Shown one piece after another: positions 1-15,263 of a stretch of DNA of 64,000 nt. This DNA comes from Amoebidium appalachense. Lineage: Eukaryota > Protista > Ichthyosporea. How positions within the stretch are numbered: the first letter of the stretch is position 1; each line of letters starts with the position of its first letter. The notes beneath the pieces are model-generated. The model was not told the origin of the DNA and did no database searches. It worked only from the letters and a program-made list of their open reading frames with translations. Location: positions 12,552,468 to 12,616,467 of the forward strand of contig CAVNZM010000004.1 of NCBI GenBank assembly GCA_963693365.1, in the 5' to 3' direction. The position numbers were made by a program, and so were the translations under genes.

Positions 1-312
1 TGTTAGTATCCTCCTCGCTGCCACATAAGCCACCCACCCACTATAATTGTAGCTGCAGTTTCTTTTGAAATCTCTTTGCTCCATTGACTGGAATTTTCCC
101 TTGCAGCTGTGGAACACGAATGGAAAGCCGGCCGACTGGTATCTCGTCAAGTCGTTCAGGCTAGCGCCCTTATAGTTGCTGGTATATAGCTACACAACCT
201 TGCCCTAAAGTTTCATGGTGGTGTGCCCATTCGCTCTTGCACCATGGTTGCCTCTCAAAGCGGCATTTTTTTTTTTTTGGGGGGGGGGGGGGGACGGCCC
301 GGACGGGGTCGT

Positions 313-349
<37 letters not shown>

Positions 350-754
350 AACAGGGAAAAGTAGGGGCCGAGGGGGGGGGGGGGGGGGGGGTTACTGTAT
401 GATGAATGAAAAATATATTGCTAAATAAAATAAATGATACTTGTCGTTGAAGAGGCTCTGTTTACTGTTAACTTCTCAGCGTATTTTCTTGACAAGCCTT
501 CCGTCTTCGTTTGAACCTCGGATGTCGGACTGACGCCAAGCAAAAGGCAAACCGAGAACTACCATACGCTACGCTTTACCCATTGGTAAAAAAGTCATGT
601 ATTTATTTTGCCGCGGCTCAACTTTACCAAATAAAGCAAGCAACATAGCAAGAAACCTCCCGGCGCGACGTTGGAAAAACAACTTTCGAACAGGCAACGC
701 TTTTACTCTGCCGTTTTTTTGTATCAGAGCTTTCGGGCTCCTTGCACATACACC

Positions 755-1138
755 ATGGGGCTCCTATCGCTCCCTTCCACCGTCATACTCTCACTCATTC
801 TCTCCTCCCAAGGAGTTAAGGCCAAGAGCTGCCACAAGGATGATCCCTGTTGCTTCCGCACCCTCCCAGTTGTGGCCATTAACGAGGATGTAAAGCTGGC
901 TGTTAGCTCGGTGCAGTGGGCCAGCGACTGCCTGTCTGCCCTCCCCTTTGACCTTAAAGCACAGAAGACACTAAAGAGGAACACGGAGGCGGTGCAGGCT
1001 GCTCTGGATACGTTCTATGCGTACAAGGTGTGCGTGGCTTTGAAACCTAAATTCGCTTGTGCATGCGTTTGCGTGGCGAAAAAGTTGCTGCTGTATGGGT
1101 TGTGAGTGCACATTGTGGCACATATATACTGTTGTGTG

Positions 1139-1223
<85 letters not shown>

Positions 1224-1978
1224 TGTGTGTGCGTGTGTGCGTGTGTGCGTGCGTGTGTGCGTGCGTGCGCGTGTGTATGCAGCTGTTTTGGGGGCTTGCG
1301 CCTGTCACTGTGTGTTCGTGCATGGAAGTGTGTTGACTGTGTATATCCCTTTATACACTAACCTGCAGGTGTGCTGCACTGGCGAACGGGAAAGAGACAG
1401 GGGGCAAGGGTTAGGGGAGTGGGTACCTCTTCCCATGCCTAGAAACTTTCACACTTGCTCCCCATGGCACATGTGCAACCTTAGTGTGTTCTTTGCTGAG
1501 GCCGCCTTAATTCTTCCGGAGCTGAAAAGCATGGCATTTGTATGCCTCGCGTATGTCTTGCACAATAGCTTGTGCCAGTTACTGCAAAACTGCTACTTTG
1601 TGCCACAATTCTAACAACCATTTTTGCCTCCACCCAGTACCTTACCCTGGACTCTCACGTTAGTGATGCCACGCCTAATGCCTACGAAGTATTCCATGTC
1701 TCCACGGACATTGATGCCCAACTCAAGGCCATAGCCAACACACACTACACCAACGGGGCCCAGTTTCACTTTGCCCTTGCTCGTGCCACACGCCTGTTGC
1801 GTGATGCGCACACAAACTACAGAGGGCCGTTTGGGAAAACCATGTTGGGCCTCTGGACGGTGAAGCTGGAGTCGGCACTGACAAAGGACGACGTTCAGGT
1901 TCGTGGGGGCTACCTCCCCTTCCCCCCCCCCCCCCCCCCCCCTCCCCCCGCCCCCCACCACCACCCCTCACCCCCAAA

Positions 1979-2039
<61 letters not shown>

Positions 2040-2798
2040 AAAAAAAGAAAACAAACCCACAAACACGTCACCACCACTACCATCTTCCTGTCGGAGGGCC
2101 TTCTGTTGGAGAAGGGTTTCACGCGGTGAATACCCTGTGTGTTTGTTCTTTGATCGGCTTTCCGTGTTGTACTGTACCGTGTCTGACATTTTTAAATCTT
2201 TTTACTTCTTATCATGTGCAGTTTCTTACACCTCCCCTCCCCTCCCCTCCCCCCCCCCCCCACGCCCCCCTCCCTCAGCCACACGCACACACACACACAT
2301 GAATTTGCTGACATAGTACTATATGCTATTCTTGGCATTCGTGCTGCCTAATCCTTCTTACAACATCAAATGTTGCTGACCCTCAAATACGTTGCTTATG
2401 GTATTTTGTTTTGTTGTCTGCTATCCTCTCCCCACACACCCACACCCACCCACCCACCCCTACCACCTTCTCCCTTTCCCCGCATACCCCTCTCTCCGTT
2501 CCCGTGTGACATCATAGACAAATGGATAGGGATTTGGGTGCTTATCGGGCTGGCCATAACGAATACAGAAATACTGAAATAGGGAACCCAGATGGCTGGT
2601 GAGAGAGGCAGAGACTGGGTGAAAGAGGGGAACACATCTGCAAACAGAAAAGAATGAATGGCACAATTTTCTTTTAGCCCAGAAACACAGTAGCATGTAT
2701 TAATTCCACATACCTTCTTCCATCTTCATGAACATGTCTACACCCGCATCCTCTTCTGTCCAACCACATCACCATACGCCCCATGTCTTCTACGCAAG

Positions 2799-2838
<40 letters not shown>

Positions 2839-3192
2839 GCGTATCCTCTGGGCTTGGGATTACAACCCTCCAGTTATCCTTCTTGTTAATTTTGGTGACT
2901 CACGGAGCCCCGTTTTGCGTCAAAATATACTCAAACCAGAAACTTGAATTACAACTGCTCATTCTCCCAGCAGGTGTTCTATTTCAGTGGGGTTACCCAA
3001 CTGGGTGCCTTTGACATGGAGGGAGCTTACAAGGCGGCATATGGCCAGACACTGAGTTTGGACACACATGTCCGCAAATCCATCAAGAAGGTGGGTGGTC
3101 TGTTTTGCTACCGCCTCTTTCTTCTTCTCGTCGCAATTCATGTTTGAGTTACTATTGGCTGTGCAACCTTCGTACCATGTACCACATCCATA

Positions 3193-3232
<40 letters not shown>

Positions 3233-3321
3233 GGGGGCTTTTTCTGCCTTCACAATGGCTTTAAGTTCCTGTTTTCTGCTTTGCTTTTGCTTTTTCTTTC
3301 TTTCTTTCTTTCTTTCTTTCT

Positions 3322-3352
<31 letters not shown>

Positions 3353-4115
3353 GGGGAGGGGGAGGGGGCGGGAGTTGGGGGGGGGGGGGGGGGGGGGCAG
3401 GTATAATCAATTACGACCTTCTTCATATAGGCCATTCTCTAATGCATGCCCCCCCCCTCCCCCCTCCCCTCCCCCCCTTCCCCGACCGTCGGCTCTACTT
3501 ATAATACATACTTGTAAATTCTTTGTATCCTCTTTTTTTCCCTTTGCTTTTTCGTTCGTTTTTTTCCTTTTTTTTTGGCATGGTTTGCCCGCATTAAAAA
3601 TGTGCGTGCGTTTACTTTCGAACACATTCCCCACAGGTCAACGGTGAAGATGCCCTGACCTACTTCACTGATCAAGCATGGAGCACATGTGTGTACAAGG
3701 ACCAAGGGGCCTGTGTAAACAACTACCTGGGCAACCCGGTGGTGGACATAGATCCAGGCCTACCATCCTCCCTGCCAATCAGCATCGAGTTTGACGATGG
3801 GTCCACCCTAGAGCTGTACCCACATATCATGGTCTATCCCGGCCCACCAACTGGGGACTTGGACACTTTTGCGGCGTCTTTGCACAGGTTAGTCGTGTGG
3901 TTTGTTGGGTGGAATGTGGCCTATATTCTGCTGCTTCAAACTTCCTGAAACCAAACACTTTTGTCGCTGCCCTTTCAACACCGCCCAAGAACCCAACCTA
4001 TGTCCTTCACCCCTCCAATGTTTTTGTTGCTGCATTCGTTCCTCGTGGTTGCTCCTTTTCCTTGAGCATGCCTCCTTTTAGGAGCCACCTATGGTCAGTG
4101 TTTGAAGTGTGTTGT

Positions 4116-4154
<39 letters not shown>

Positions 4155-4204
4155 CCCCCACCCCACCCCACCCCACCCCACACACACACACACACAACCA
4201 CCAC

Positions 4205-4238
<34 letters not shown>

Positions 4239-5556
4239 AGGGGGGGGGGGGGGGGGGGGGAGGAAAACGGTGGAAGGTGGGCAACAGCTTGGAGGTGGCG
4301 ATGATGATTAAAAGAAAAGGGAGGGGGAGAGTGGGGGGGGGGGGGGGGGGATGCTGCTTGACATGTATAAACACAGGCACGCTATCACCAATTCACCAAA
4401 TCCACTAACCGACACACATGTCCGCACACACAAACACACAGACACACACGGGCACACACTACACTCAACGCACGTGTACATGCACATGCACTGACACCAA
4501 CATACGTGTACATGAACATGCACGCACACGCACACACGCACACATACACCGTGTCACATACACACATACACACACACACACACACACAGGGTGGTCCCAT
4601 CAGGCGAGATAAGCATCAAGGATATTGAGAAGCTGCTTCACCACCGCCACCACAAAAACCGAAAATCCCCCTCTACCCCTCCAGCACCAAACATGGCAAA
4701 TCTGCCCGCTTGTCCTTCCTGGCCACCCCTTCCTACGTCCCCTGCCTCCCTCTACCCCCCTACCGGACACCCTATGCTCACTTGGGACAATGAAATTTCT
4801 ACCCCTCCCCAGCCAAGAAACCCCCCTACTCGGTGTAATTTGGGCAAGTCATGGACAATGGCCGTAACTGGCAACAATGACCCAAACAATGAAAATTCCG
4901 AAAATCCACCCCGTAACGACGACCCCCCGTCGGCATATTGCACTGAGGATGGTGACATGTGCTACTCTACCGAGATCCTTCCCACGGGCACCCTTTTCAA
5001 GCTCGGGTCATTCATGAGTCTTCCTGATGACGCGTTCGAATTTATCAACATGATGACTAGGGCCGCAGACACATATGGAAAAGGAGATAGACTGGTGATA
5101 GACGTGTCCGGAAATGGGGGGGGATATGTGGTGACCGCAGAAATGCTGCAGAGGTGGTTGGTTCCCGACTTCCAGAGGGGGAACGAGTCGTGCAGCACGA
5201 CGGATTTCCGCGAGGCGAAATTTTGGGATAAATGGGAGGATGCATATTTCCATGACAACTCTACCCTGCCCGAAGGGAAATTCACCAGAATGGATCGGTG
5301 GGTGTCGTTGATTTGCTGCTTAGTTGATCCGTGTCAGGGGCAGGGCGGGCGGGCGGGCGAGCGGGCGGGTGGGAAGGGGAAGGGGGGGGGGGAGGGGGGG
5401 GGGGGGGGGGGGGGTGTGAAGGGGGGGGGGGCAGCGTGGAAGGAGGGGGAAGGGGGCTCTGGGAAGGGAGGGGTCAGGAGGGGAGAGGGGATCTTCCACA
5501 ATTGCTGTGTAGCCCAGGAGAGATTGCTTTTGTTGTTGTTGTTGATTATTTATCCC

Positions 5557-5609
<53 letters not shown>

Positions 5610-6189
5610 CACACACACACACACATCCCCCCCCGGGGGGGGGGGGGGCATAAGGGGAGAAATAAGGTAAGGCAGGGGCATATCCAAATATTTGTTTAGG
5701 GAATCTTCTTGAGGCCTATAACCTTTGCTTGAATGCAAACATTGAGGGCAAATACTAATCCTGCCAAACATCTCCGGTGCTCTTCCTTTTCCACAGAATC
5801 ACAGAGACAGACACTCGTGCACACACACACACACACATACACACACACACACACAAAACACACAAAACAGCCAAGCGCTCGCTGTTCTTTGGCGCAGCTG
5901 CATGGAGCAGTACTACAGCAAGACTTACTGCAAATGGCTCTCGGTGGAACACGCAAACCGCCAAGAATTATTGACAAGAGTGCGCACGGAATACACCCCG
6001 CACTCACAGGAGGAGATTGGTGGGTTCGAGGCATACCGCGACCAATCGGTGATGAGAATGAGGGGTGGGAAGAAGAGCTGGTACTCAAAACTGCACCAGG
6101 TGAGTGAGGCATATGTGCTTGGTGGATGGGCCAACGAGACACCTAAAACGGATCTCTGCTGCTTGTTGCGAGCAGGTTTTTTTTTTTTT

Positions 6190-6225
<36 letters not shown>

Positions 6226-6327
6226 TGTGTTGCCGGGTGGAGGGGGGAAGGGGGGATAAGGGAGGTAGAGAGAAAGACAGAGAGAGTGAATGAGAGAGAG
6301 CGAGAGGGGGGGGGGGGGGGGGGGGGG

Positions 6328-6389
<62 letters not shown>

Positions 6390-7116
6390 AATGGCATACA
6401 CCATCTGCTGGAAAAGTGAATTTGGGGAAGGTAGGTGAGGTGGGGCGGTGGGTGATGGGTGGCAGCGGCGCCCGGGGGAGGGAGGGGGGGTTGTGGAGGA
6501 AGAAAGAGGGGGAAGGAGGGGGGGGATGAAGAGAATTAGGCTGTATAGAGAATGAGGGGGAAAGGGGGGGGGGGGGGGGGAGGAAGAGGGAGGAAAAAGG
6601 TGTGGCATGCACGCGCGCCCACCACTTGTTTTTCTGCTTTCTGTCTCTCTCTCCGAGGCTTTGACTCACCACACACAGACACTCTCTCTCTTACTCTCTT
6701 GTTCTCCCGTCCCCTCCCATGTCCCCCGAAGCACACACCCTCCACAACTCTCTCTTTTTTTTCTCGTGCCTTATCCCTCACTCCCTCCCCCCCCCCCCCC
6801 CCCCCCCCCCCTCCCTCCCTCCCCTCCTCCGTCCGTCGCTCTTCCCTCACGTGCCCACGGTATGCTTTTTTCTTCTTCGTCTCTCTCTCCGACGCTCTCT
6901 CTTTTTCTCACCTCCAGCCTCCAGCCTCCCTCCCCCCCCCCCCCCCCCACCCCACCCCCACCCCCACCCCCTACCCCTACCCTGCCTCCATTGCTCCCTC
7001 CCTCGCTCTTGCCCTCTCTCCCATACCTCTCTCCATGCCTCCATCCCTCGTTCCCTCTACCCCTACCTCTCTCCTTCTCTCTTTTGTTGTTGTTGTTGTC
7101 GTCGTTGTTGTTGTGT

Positions 7117-7167
<51 letters not shown>

Positions 7168-7183
7168 TTTTTTTTGTTTGTTT

Positions 7184-7214
<31 letters not shown>

Positions 7215-8247
7215 GGGCTGGCTATGCAGTGAGCATTTGATGGAATGTGTCATTTTACCTGTAACTGAAAAATTAATGGGAAAATTTTTCGTGTCACGCA
7301 ACAGTCCTGTTGAAGGGCGACTCGACGTATGACATAAATGTTTATCCCATCATCTGATTGGTTTAAAACAGGATGGGTGTGAAGGCCACACGGACCAGTT
7401 GCCCACGGGCAAGGATGGGGTGACGCCGTTCTACTTCCCCGATATCCGCATTCTCACGGATGGTCAGTGCGGCAGCAGCTGTGCTCTTTTCACCACGAAA
7501 ATGTGGCAATACGAGAAGGCGAGGTTTTTCAGCTACGGCGGAATGGCAAATTTGGGCATGAATTTTGCCGCTTTCACAGGCGGAAATGTCGAGAGAGATG
7601 AGGAATTTTGGCAGAAAACCGTTTTTGGCGCACTTGCCGGTGCGGTTGCTACCGGAAACTACACGGTTGTTTCGCATCTACACTCGTTGGTTTTGGGATC
7701 TCCCGGGAGTTACGGGTTCACGTGGCACGAGGCCTACTACATAGGGGATAGGGGCATGGGTCCAAACCCCCTCCCCCGTGAGTGGTACCGTATTCCCGCA
7801 GATTTCCATGTGAATTTCTGGCCCGGAAGCAACCCACAGGCAATGATGGTTCTGTACAAGGTGGTGGGAGAGCTCGAGATCGCAATCGATCAAAACAAGG
7901 TTCGTCCTAATCCTAAATTTATCACACCTTTGGAATCGCGCCGGCCAGGCATTTATTCAACTACTGATCGGAAGGATCAACCAATCATTGAGGCGGAACT
8001 CGGATTCGAACCCGAGAGCCCGATTGGATTTGGAGGTGATGTCGGCGATTTGGATTGGATGGAAGTCACTCCTACCGACTATGCAGACACGGAGAGGGAC
8101 AATGACGGGGAGCATGGCGAGAAGTGTGGAATGTGCCAGCACATGCTTTTGCTGGGGCTGTTTTTGATGATGTATCTGTATAACCCTATGGCTGAACCTA
8201 TTATGGACACAGAGGAGCCGATAGTGCCTGTGGTGTTGAAAGTCTAG
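755..8247 (+). CDS. Secreted peptidase S41 family (CPAF-like/fungal-type tail-specific protease), about 896 aa, 7 exons
   Basis: Exons 755-1027, 1638-1898, 2971(or 2974)-3090, 3637-3887, 4590-5297, 5898-6099 and 7372-8247, all GT-AG and phase-consistent. Signal peptide MGLLSLPSTVILSLILSSQGVKA. S41 motifs LRDAHTNY (His), LVIDVSGNGGG and IRILTDGQCGSSC (catalytic Ser). Confidence 0.9.
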
Positions 8248-8957
8248 GGTATCCGGATAGGTGAGGTCTCTCTGTTATGACTTTCGCGCTACATGAAGTT
8301 ATGATATTGTTCCGTATTGATGGTGCTACCGTCGTTGTACTGTGTGTACTTGTGTGTGTGCTGTGTGTTATGGTGGTGGTGGTGGTGTGGGTGTGTGGGT
8401 GTGGGTGTCACAGTGGGTGTGCGTGTAGTTGTGGGTATGTGTGTGTGTGTGTGCGTGTGTGTGTGCGCGCGCCCTCGTGTGCGTGCGCGTGCGTTTGCGC
8501 GTGTCGTGACTTTTTTTTTTGGGGGGGGGGGGGGGGGAGGGGGGGAGGGGGAGGAGGGGGTTACGAAGAGTGGGTGAGGCCGGCCTTATATTTAAAAACT
8601 TTAGACATCAGTACACACTGGCCTCTGAGCTGCAGGCCCATAGGCAATTCATGATGATCTCTCTTTATAAGAACTGTTATGTACCAGTTTTGGGAGACGC
8701 CTGGGGTCTGGACCAATGGCTTGAGTAGTGTGCAAACTTCCTAACTACGTACATGTATCACACTGTGTGTGTAGGAGATCCGAAGCTTCGGACCTTTTGA
8801 AGGGTTTGCAGTAAATTTGAACACGCCTTCCTCGAGTACAGTTCAAGAAGTGGCGCCCCGGGGAACCGGGTGTGTGACACTGTGCGTGACGTGTGACTGT
8901 GTATGTATGTGTGTGTGTGTGTGTGTGTGTATGTGTGCGTGCGTCAACGTTAGGTGT

Positions 8958-8990
<33 letters not shown>

Positions 8991-9122
8991 GGTAATGGTG
9001 TCCAGAGTACTCAGAGTGAAGTAGTATCTCGAGCTCAGTATTTATTGCCCCGGGTTGAAGCGCACACCTATCTCGATCATTTTGTGTGTGTGTGTTTGTG
9101 TCTGTGTACGTGTACTAATTGA

Positions 9123-9230
<108 letters not shown>

Positions 9231-11694
9231 AGCTGTGCACGTGTACTAAAGTGTGTGTGCGCGCGTGTGCTCGTGCGCGTGCGCATGTGTGTGCCTGTGC
9301 CTGTGTGTTTGTGTGTGTGTGTGTGTGTGTGTACATGTGTGTGTGTGTGTGTGTGTTTGGGGGGGATTGGGGGGCGGGGGCCCTGGGAGAGGGCCCGGGG
9401 GGGGGGGGGGGGGGGGGGGGTTGCAACTTGCGACCCCGATCACAGGTTACTGAATTTCGAGTGGGTCTTGGGAGACTGTTTATGTGTGGAATCTGCTTCA
9501 TCGCAATACATATGTGAATGCATGAACCAGGGCCCTTGAGGATAAGGAGTCTGCTTCACTACAGTTATGGGAATTAGTTGTAACAAAAACAAATAGGTCC
9601 TACCATAAGGAGACCTTTCCATGGCCGGAGTATTTTGGTTGAGCCTTTCTGGGTCTGAGACTCTGACGGGACTTTATTCAGATCTATTCGGTGCATGCAC
9701 CAAGGAGCACGTGCACGTCCCATCATGCAATCATAGAACAAATACACCCCAGAAACGGGGTCATATGGTTCCTCGCCCTGCCCCCTAAATTTCGCTTCGA
9801 AGTTAATTAAAAAAATCTAATTGTTTAAACCTTGAGGTTCATTAATTTATACTTAGCTGATATTTTTACTTACGCCAACAGATACTCTTATTTGATAATT
9901 TTTAATGTGCGATGATAATGCCGACGGCTCAGCCTTTCACTTTGTCTTTCAGATTTCATTTTTAATAGCTTTGAAAATACCCATACCTTGTATCTCCATT
10001 GACTTTGAGAGGTATATAGTGATGTGAGAAATGAACAGAAAATGCGGCTAATGCACTTCTTCGAATAAGGAGTATGATTGGTGCAACAGCATGCCATTCA
10101 TGAACATAGCACCGGGTGTTCAACGCGATGTGAACGTTCGCTTTTATTTCTCAACTTTTTTTGCAAAGTCCGCAAAAAACAGCTGAAGAAGGAAAATTTC
10201 TTAATTTCACGTGTCACTTGTCGGGCTCTTTGTTGCATCCTCTGGGTCAATAGGCCACATTGTCACAAGTCAGATTCTATTTATACTATCGATCCGCGGC
10301 CCGAGATACATATACAGCTCTGAGACGCTTCAAGCTTTGCAGCTCATTGATTGCACTAAAATCATCTACCTGCATTGACTAGTTTCTTTAAATGACCAGT
10401 GCAGTGGGGCCAGCTGCAAATTTGAACTGCCATCCGAGTCCGACTTCGCTATATATGTGGCACTGTCTTGATGTGAGAATAGCTTACGAATTGAAGCATT
10501 TAATAATATAAAAATTGTCGAAGTAAAGAACTGAAAATTACATACCAAAAAATCAAGAGCCTGAGATGATCTCACCTGGTTTGATCATCATTCTACTGTT
10601 CTATCAAACTTGGCATACCTTGCAGGAGGGGCTTATTGACGAAGCCAAAGAAACAGCTTTGACTTTATGTAGAATTAGAAAGAGCCTACAAAAGCAAAAA
10701 AATTACCCGCCATTTGAAACTAAATATATATTTAATTTGATGTTTATGAAAACTATCATCCTAGTACCCGCAATTCTCTTTGAAGGCTTTGATATTTTTC
10801 ATACCTGCAAACTTTTTTCTTGGGATTCAATGAGGTTAGAAGTCTTTGGAGATTATCTCACTTGAAGACGTAGATGGTGCGTGCACCCTGGACAGTTGCC
10901 AGGGCTGTAACAGGGCTACAGGTCAGCAACCCTGGACGGAGAAGGATGACCACATGTGCAGAAGCTCATTCAAAGGTGTTGATTGCAAGTTTGACATTAC
11001 ACTATATTTCCCTCATTTATGTATGCATATATTTATGTAAATATTCTTGTTTAAATGTATTTTTATATATGTTTCGGGAAGAAAATTAATGGGCATCTGC
11101 TCTGCTTTTGGGTGCTTGTGGCAAGCTTGGTGCTTCTTTTCATTTGACACCCTGTGTGACTCATGCCATGACCGTCCAAATATCATGAGGAGAGACCCGA
11201 TATGATACAAAAGGCTGTGAAGTAAAGGGAGTGGGGGAAAACATAAACCTAAAGTGCTTTTTCGTTGAATACGCATAGGCTTTTGTGCACAAACGAAACG
11301 AGAGCGAGTGTGAGGCACAATGAGTTAGGTAATTTGTTTGATTGCTTGTAACGGCTTGAACACGGTAGACAAACTATCAGTGAAGGACCAACATAATTTC
11401 GGCAAGCGAATGCTTGACAACACATTTGGCTGAACGAACTGAATAACTGTCACATTAGTGCGTCCGTGCGTAGTCAGTTTGTTTTGCCAACGAGAGTATT
11501 TCGCTTTCTGTCTTGTCTCCAGCTCCAAGTTCTTTCTGCAGGCGGAGAACTGTGTAACATTAAGCTTGAATATAGGTTCGTCTTGCAGGCAGAGGTCAAT
11601 GCTTAGGGCACACCCTATGGAGCGCTATTAGCCGCAGGTTGTGCCTCTTGAGGCTTTGCAGGAACATATACTTGTCTGGTCACCGTAGCTCAAT

Positions 11695-11811
11695 ATGCCG
11701 CTCTTTGGGTCTGCTACTTTAGAGCCAGAAGTTCGGGGGTTCGTACCTATGACTCTCTCATGCAGCCCGTCGGCTTGTTCGCCGATGACTTGCTCGCTCC
11801 CGTCCGCAGCG
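11695..11811 (+). CDS. Possible upstream first exon (coding or 5'UTR) of the ADP-ribosylglycohydrolase gene
   Basis: ATG at 11695 stays open to a GTGTGT donor at 11812 in phase 0. The ATG at 12558 is immediately preceded by an acceptor-like TAATTAG. No homology support. Confidence 0.3.
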
Positions 11812-12557
11812 GTGTGTTTCCCTGCTTTCCCCCTTCCCCCCCCCCCTCCCCCCCCCCCCCCCTCCCCCCCCCCTCCGCCCGCCCCCACTCCCCCCTCCCT
11901 TCTCCCCCCCCCCCCACTCCCCTTCCCCCTCCCCCCCCCCTCCTACTCCGTTTCCCTCCCCCCCCCCCCCCCTCCCCGTATCCTCCCCTCGTTTTTTTCC
12001 TCCGTATATGGTAATAGACACTTCTGACTTTGAGCGAGGTTCATCCATCCGATTTTTGTGCCGGTGATCCGGTTTGGAAGCCCTTGTTGTGGTGTTCTTG
12101 GGGAGGTCTATGGATGCATTAGAGAGTGGGTGTTTGCGGTAAAGTTTGTTTGTGTGTTTGGCTGTAGCATGGTGCCTTGATGAACCCACTACTCGGGTGT
12201 GAACTACTGGGTGTGGCTGTGTGGAAGTGGTGTGCTTTTCTCACACTCGTGAGTGTGGAGTTTGATTGTGAAAGTTTTGTATGAGAAGTGGATGGCACAA
12301 CACGGTGTGATAGTTAGTGGGTGCCCTCGTATGCACGTGTATATAAGTTAACATGGGCGGTGGGCTCAGCCACTATGCCCTTTTGAGTGAAGTGGTCTGG
12401 TGAATGGGAGTTGCACCTGAACCCAATAAGCTTTTATGCAAAGCTCTTTCATGTGCGCTCGTCTCTGCAATTTCTTCCCAAAATTTTTTGGTGTTCCCTG
12501 TTTGCCTTACTTGTTCCATGTTGGTCTCTGCTCTTTACACCTCTGATTGCTAATTAG

Positions 12558-12831
12558 ATGTCATTCCACCAGAGTGACAATGGTGCCACCAAGGAGGAGG
12601 TGTGTGTTCGCCCACTCACAGTTGAGGATTTGAGAGACAGATTAAGGGCGGCCCTGTGGGGCCTATTTATAGCCGATGCACTGGCTATGCCCGTGCACTG
12701 GTACTACAATACGGACACACTGAGGAAACAGTATGGGTTTGTGACGGACTATGTCGACCCACAACCTTACAACCCCGACAGCTTTCTGCACCTCTCAGAT
12801 CCAGGTAGGTTGAGGTTGAGGTTGCCTTTGT

Positions 12832-12875
<44 letters not shown>

Positions 12876-13421
12876 TGTGTTTGTGTGTGTGTTTGTGTCT
12901 GTGTGTTGTGTTGATGGTGGTGGTGTGTGTGTTTTTGGGGGGGGGGGGGGGAGGGGGGGGGGGGGGGGGGGGGGAGAGAGGGGATTAAACTGAAGCGCAC
13001 GAAAATTTGATTATGGTAGTAATATGGACAATTGATGTGGAGGGTGGAGAGGAGGGGTGGTGTGTGTGTGCGTGTGTGGGGGGTGGGGGATGGGGGGGTC
13101 GGGGGGAAGGGGGAGGTTGGAGGGACTGGGTGGTCGAGTGTATATTGTGAATCGGCGTTCTTAGGGGGGCGGAGGTAGGGGATAGGGGAGGGAGGTGAAG
13201 GGGCCTGGGTTGAAAAGACTGCAGGAATTCCAACGATTTTATTTTGGCAGAAGCAAACGGAAGTCGGCCTGGGCCGGGGACAGTAGGCATTGTGATCCTG
13301 CACGATAAGCTGCCTTACTGGCGGCAAAAAAACACACACTACCACCTGACCCTGAAGAAAGGTGGGTTTCGAAGTTTCGCGCACTCACCATCCGTGGGGC
13401 TTTCAAAGAAAGGGTGTGTGT

Positions 13422-13455
<34 letters not shown>

Positions 13456-13560
13456 TGATTTCGTGTGTAGGTGTATTGGTGGTAGTGGTGTTCGGATAGA
13501 GGTCTGGATGTGGAAGACGTCTATCCCACGGGAACACATTCTGATATTTTACCCCCCCCC

Positions 13561-13591
<31 letters not shown>

Positions 13592-14036
13592 ACACACACA
13601 CACATGCATCCCTCGCAATCCCATGGAAATCTGCTTTTTTTGATCATTTAGTGTTTCCTTTGGCTCGTTAGCAGCTTGTGGCAACACTTATTTTTTGTGG
13701 GCACCAGAAATGGAGTTAATGGAATCCTCAAATGAAGCAGTGACATGCACTGTTTCCGGTTAGCGACCAAGTGGGCATTTCTCGATTATTCCTTTACGTG
13801 ACAAGTGTGCCATAATTAAATGGCGAGGTTGCACCATACATGAGCAAACAGATCTGTTGAGTGTGATGTTATAGAATTTGCTTTACAAACTTTGATATTA
13901 TGAAAGAATGTTGATTATTGACATTAGACCACTGCACAGGTGTGGTGATTTTAAAGTTAGGACATGTGACTAGCAGGCTAACCCTTTCCCCCCCCCCCCC
14001 CCCCCCCCTTCACATAAGCATGTGCGCGAGCACACA

Positions 14037-14084
<48 letters not shown>

Positions 14085-14374
14085 AGAACACTTTGAATGC
14101 GCAGTGTGCACGAGTGGTCATGCAAACTGTATTAGAGCATGGAGTGTATGATGCCGGGGACTTTTTGGAAAACTACATCGACTTTATGGTCACACCGGGC
14201 ACTCACAACGACTCGTATGCAGGTGGGTTTTATTCTGTATGGTGCACAGGTTGTGTGTGTGTCTCTGTGCAAATGTATGAGAATCTCCTTCCCCCCATCG
14301 CCTTCTCCCCCCGTCCCTTTCTGTGTGTGTTTGGGCTTCTTTAAGTGTGTGTTGGGGTTTTTTTCTTTCTTTTT

Positions 14375-14420
<46 letters not shown>

Positions 14421-15229
14421 CTTCGAACCTATCCCTTCTCCCCCCCCCCCCCCCCCTCCTTGCTTCTGCCTGTAGCATAAGTAATCCCGAAACTCTCTAA
14501 TGGGATGAGTGGCCACACCGATGTTCAAGTGAAGCAGTGTCTGCGTTGGGTTTCATCGACGAGGTGAATGGTTTGAAACTCGGACACTGTGGATGGCTTG
14601 GTGCCCTTTGAGAATCGGCTTTGCGTATTCTGCATACTCTTTGTGTGGTTGCATTCTGCATTGTGTCGTCCGTGATGAATGTGTACTTCATACTCTATAA
14701 TGTACCCCCCCCCCCCCCCCCCCTGATCCCCCTCGCCCCTTCGCCCTGGTACCCTGTTCCCACGCTCACCCCCCTCCCCCCCCCCCCCCCCCCCCCCCCT
14801 CCCTACCCTCCCTCTCCCTGCTCATTCACCAAATAACCATCGGACTCCCCTCCCCCCCCCCCCCCCTTCTCCAACCGGCCCACCCACACACCCACACACC
14901 CACACACACTTTTATTTCTACATCTGAAGGCCAACACTCTGTAACCAAACAAGGACCGACGTACTCACCCAACTTCTACCCACAGAGTCTTTCCACCGAT
15001 CATTCTTCCGCAACTTCAGCCAAGGCATCAACCCGTTCCACTGTGCAGGGCGGCCGGACCACAACACCCCGTCCATTGGGGGTTTGGTGATGTTGGTGGT
15101 GGTGGCCCTGGTGCACCACTATGACATACAGCTAGCAAAACAGAAGGTGGTCGAGCACTTGAGGTGGGTGGGTGGGGGGTGTTGTGTGTGTGTCTGTGTG
15201 TTTGGAACGGGGGGAAGGCGGGGCGGCGG

Positions 15230-15263
<34 letters not shown>

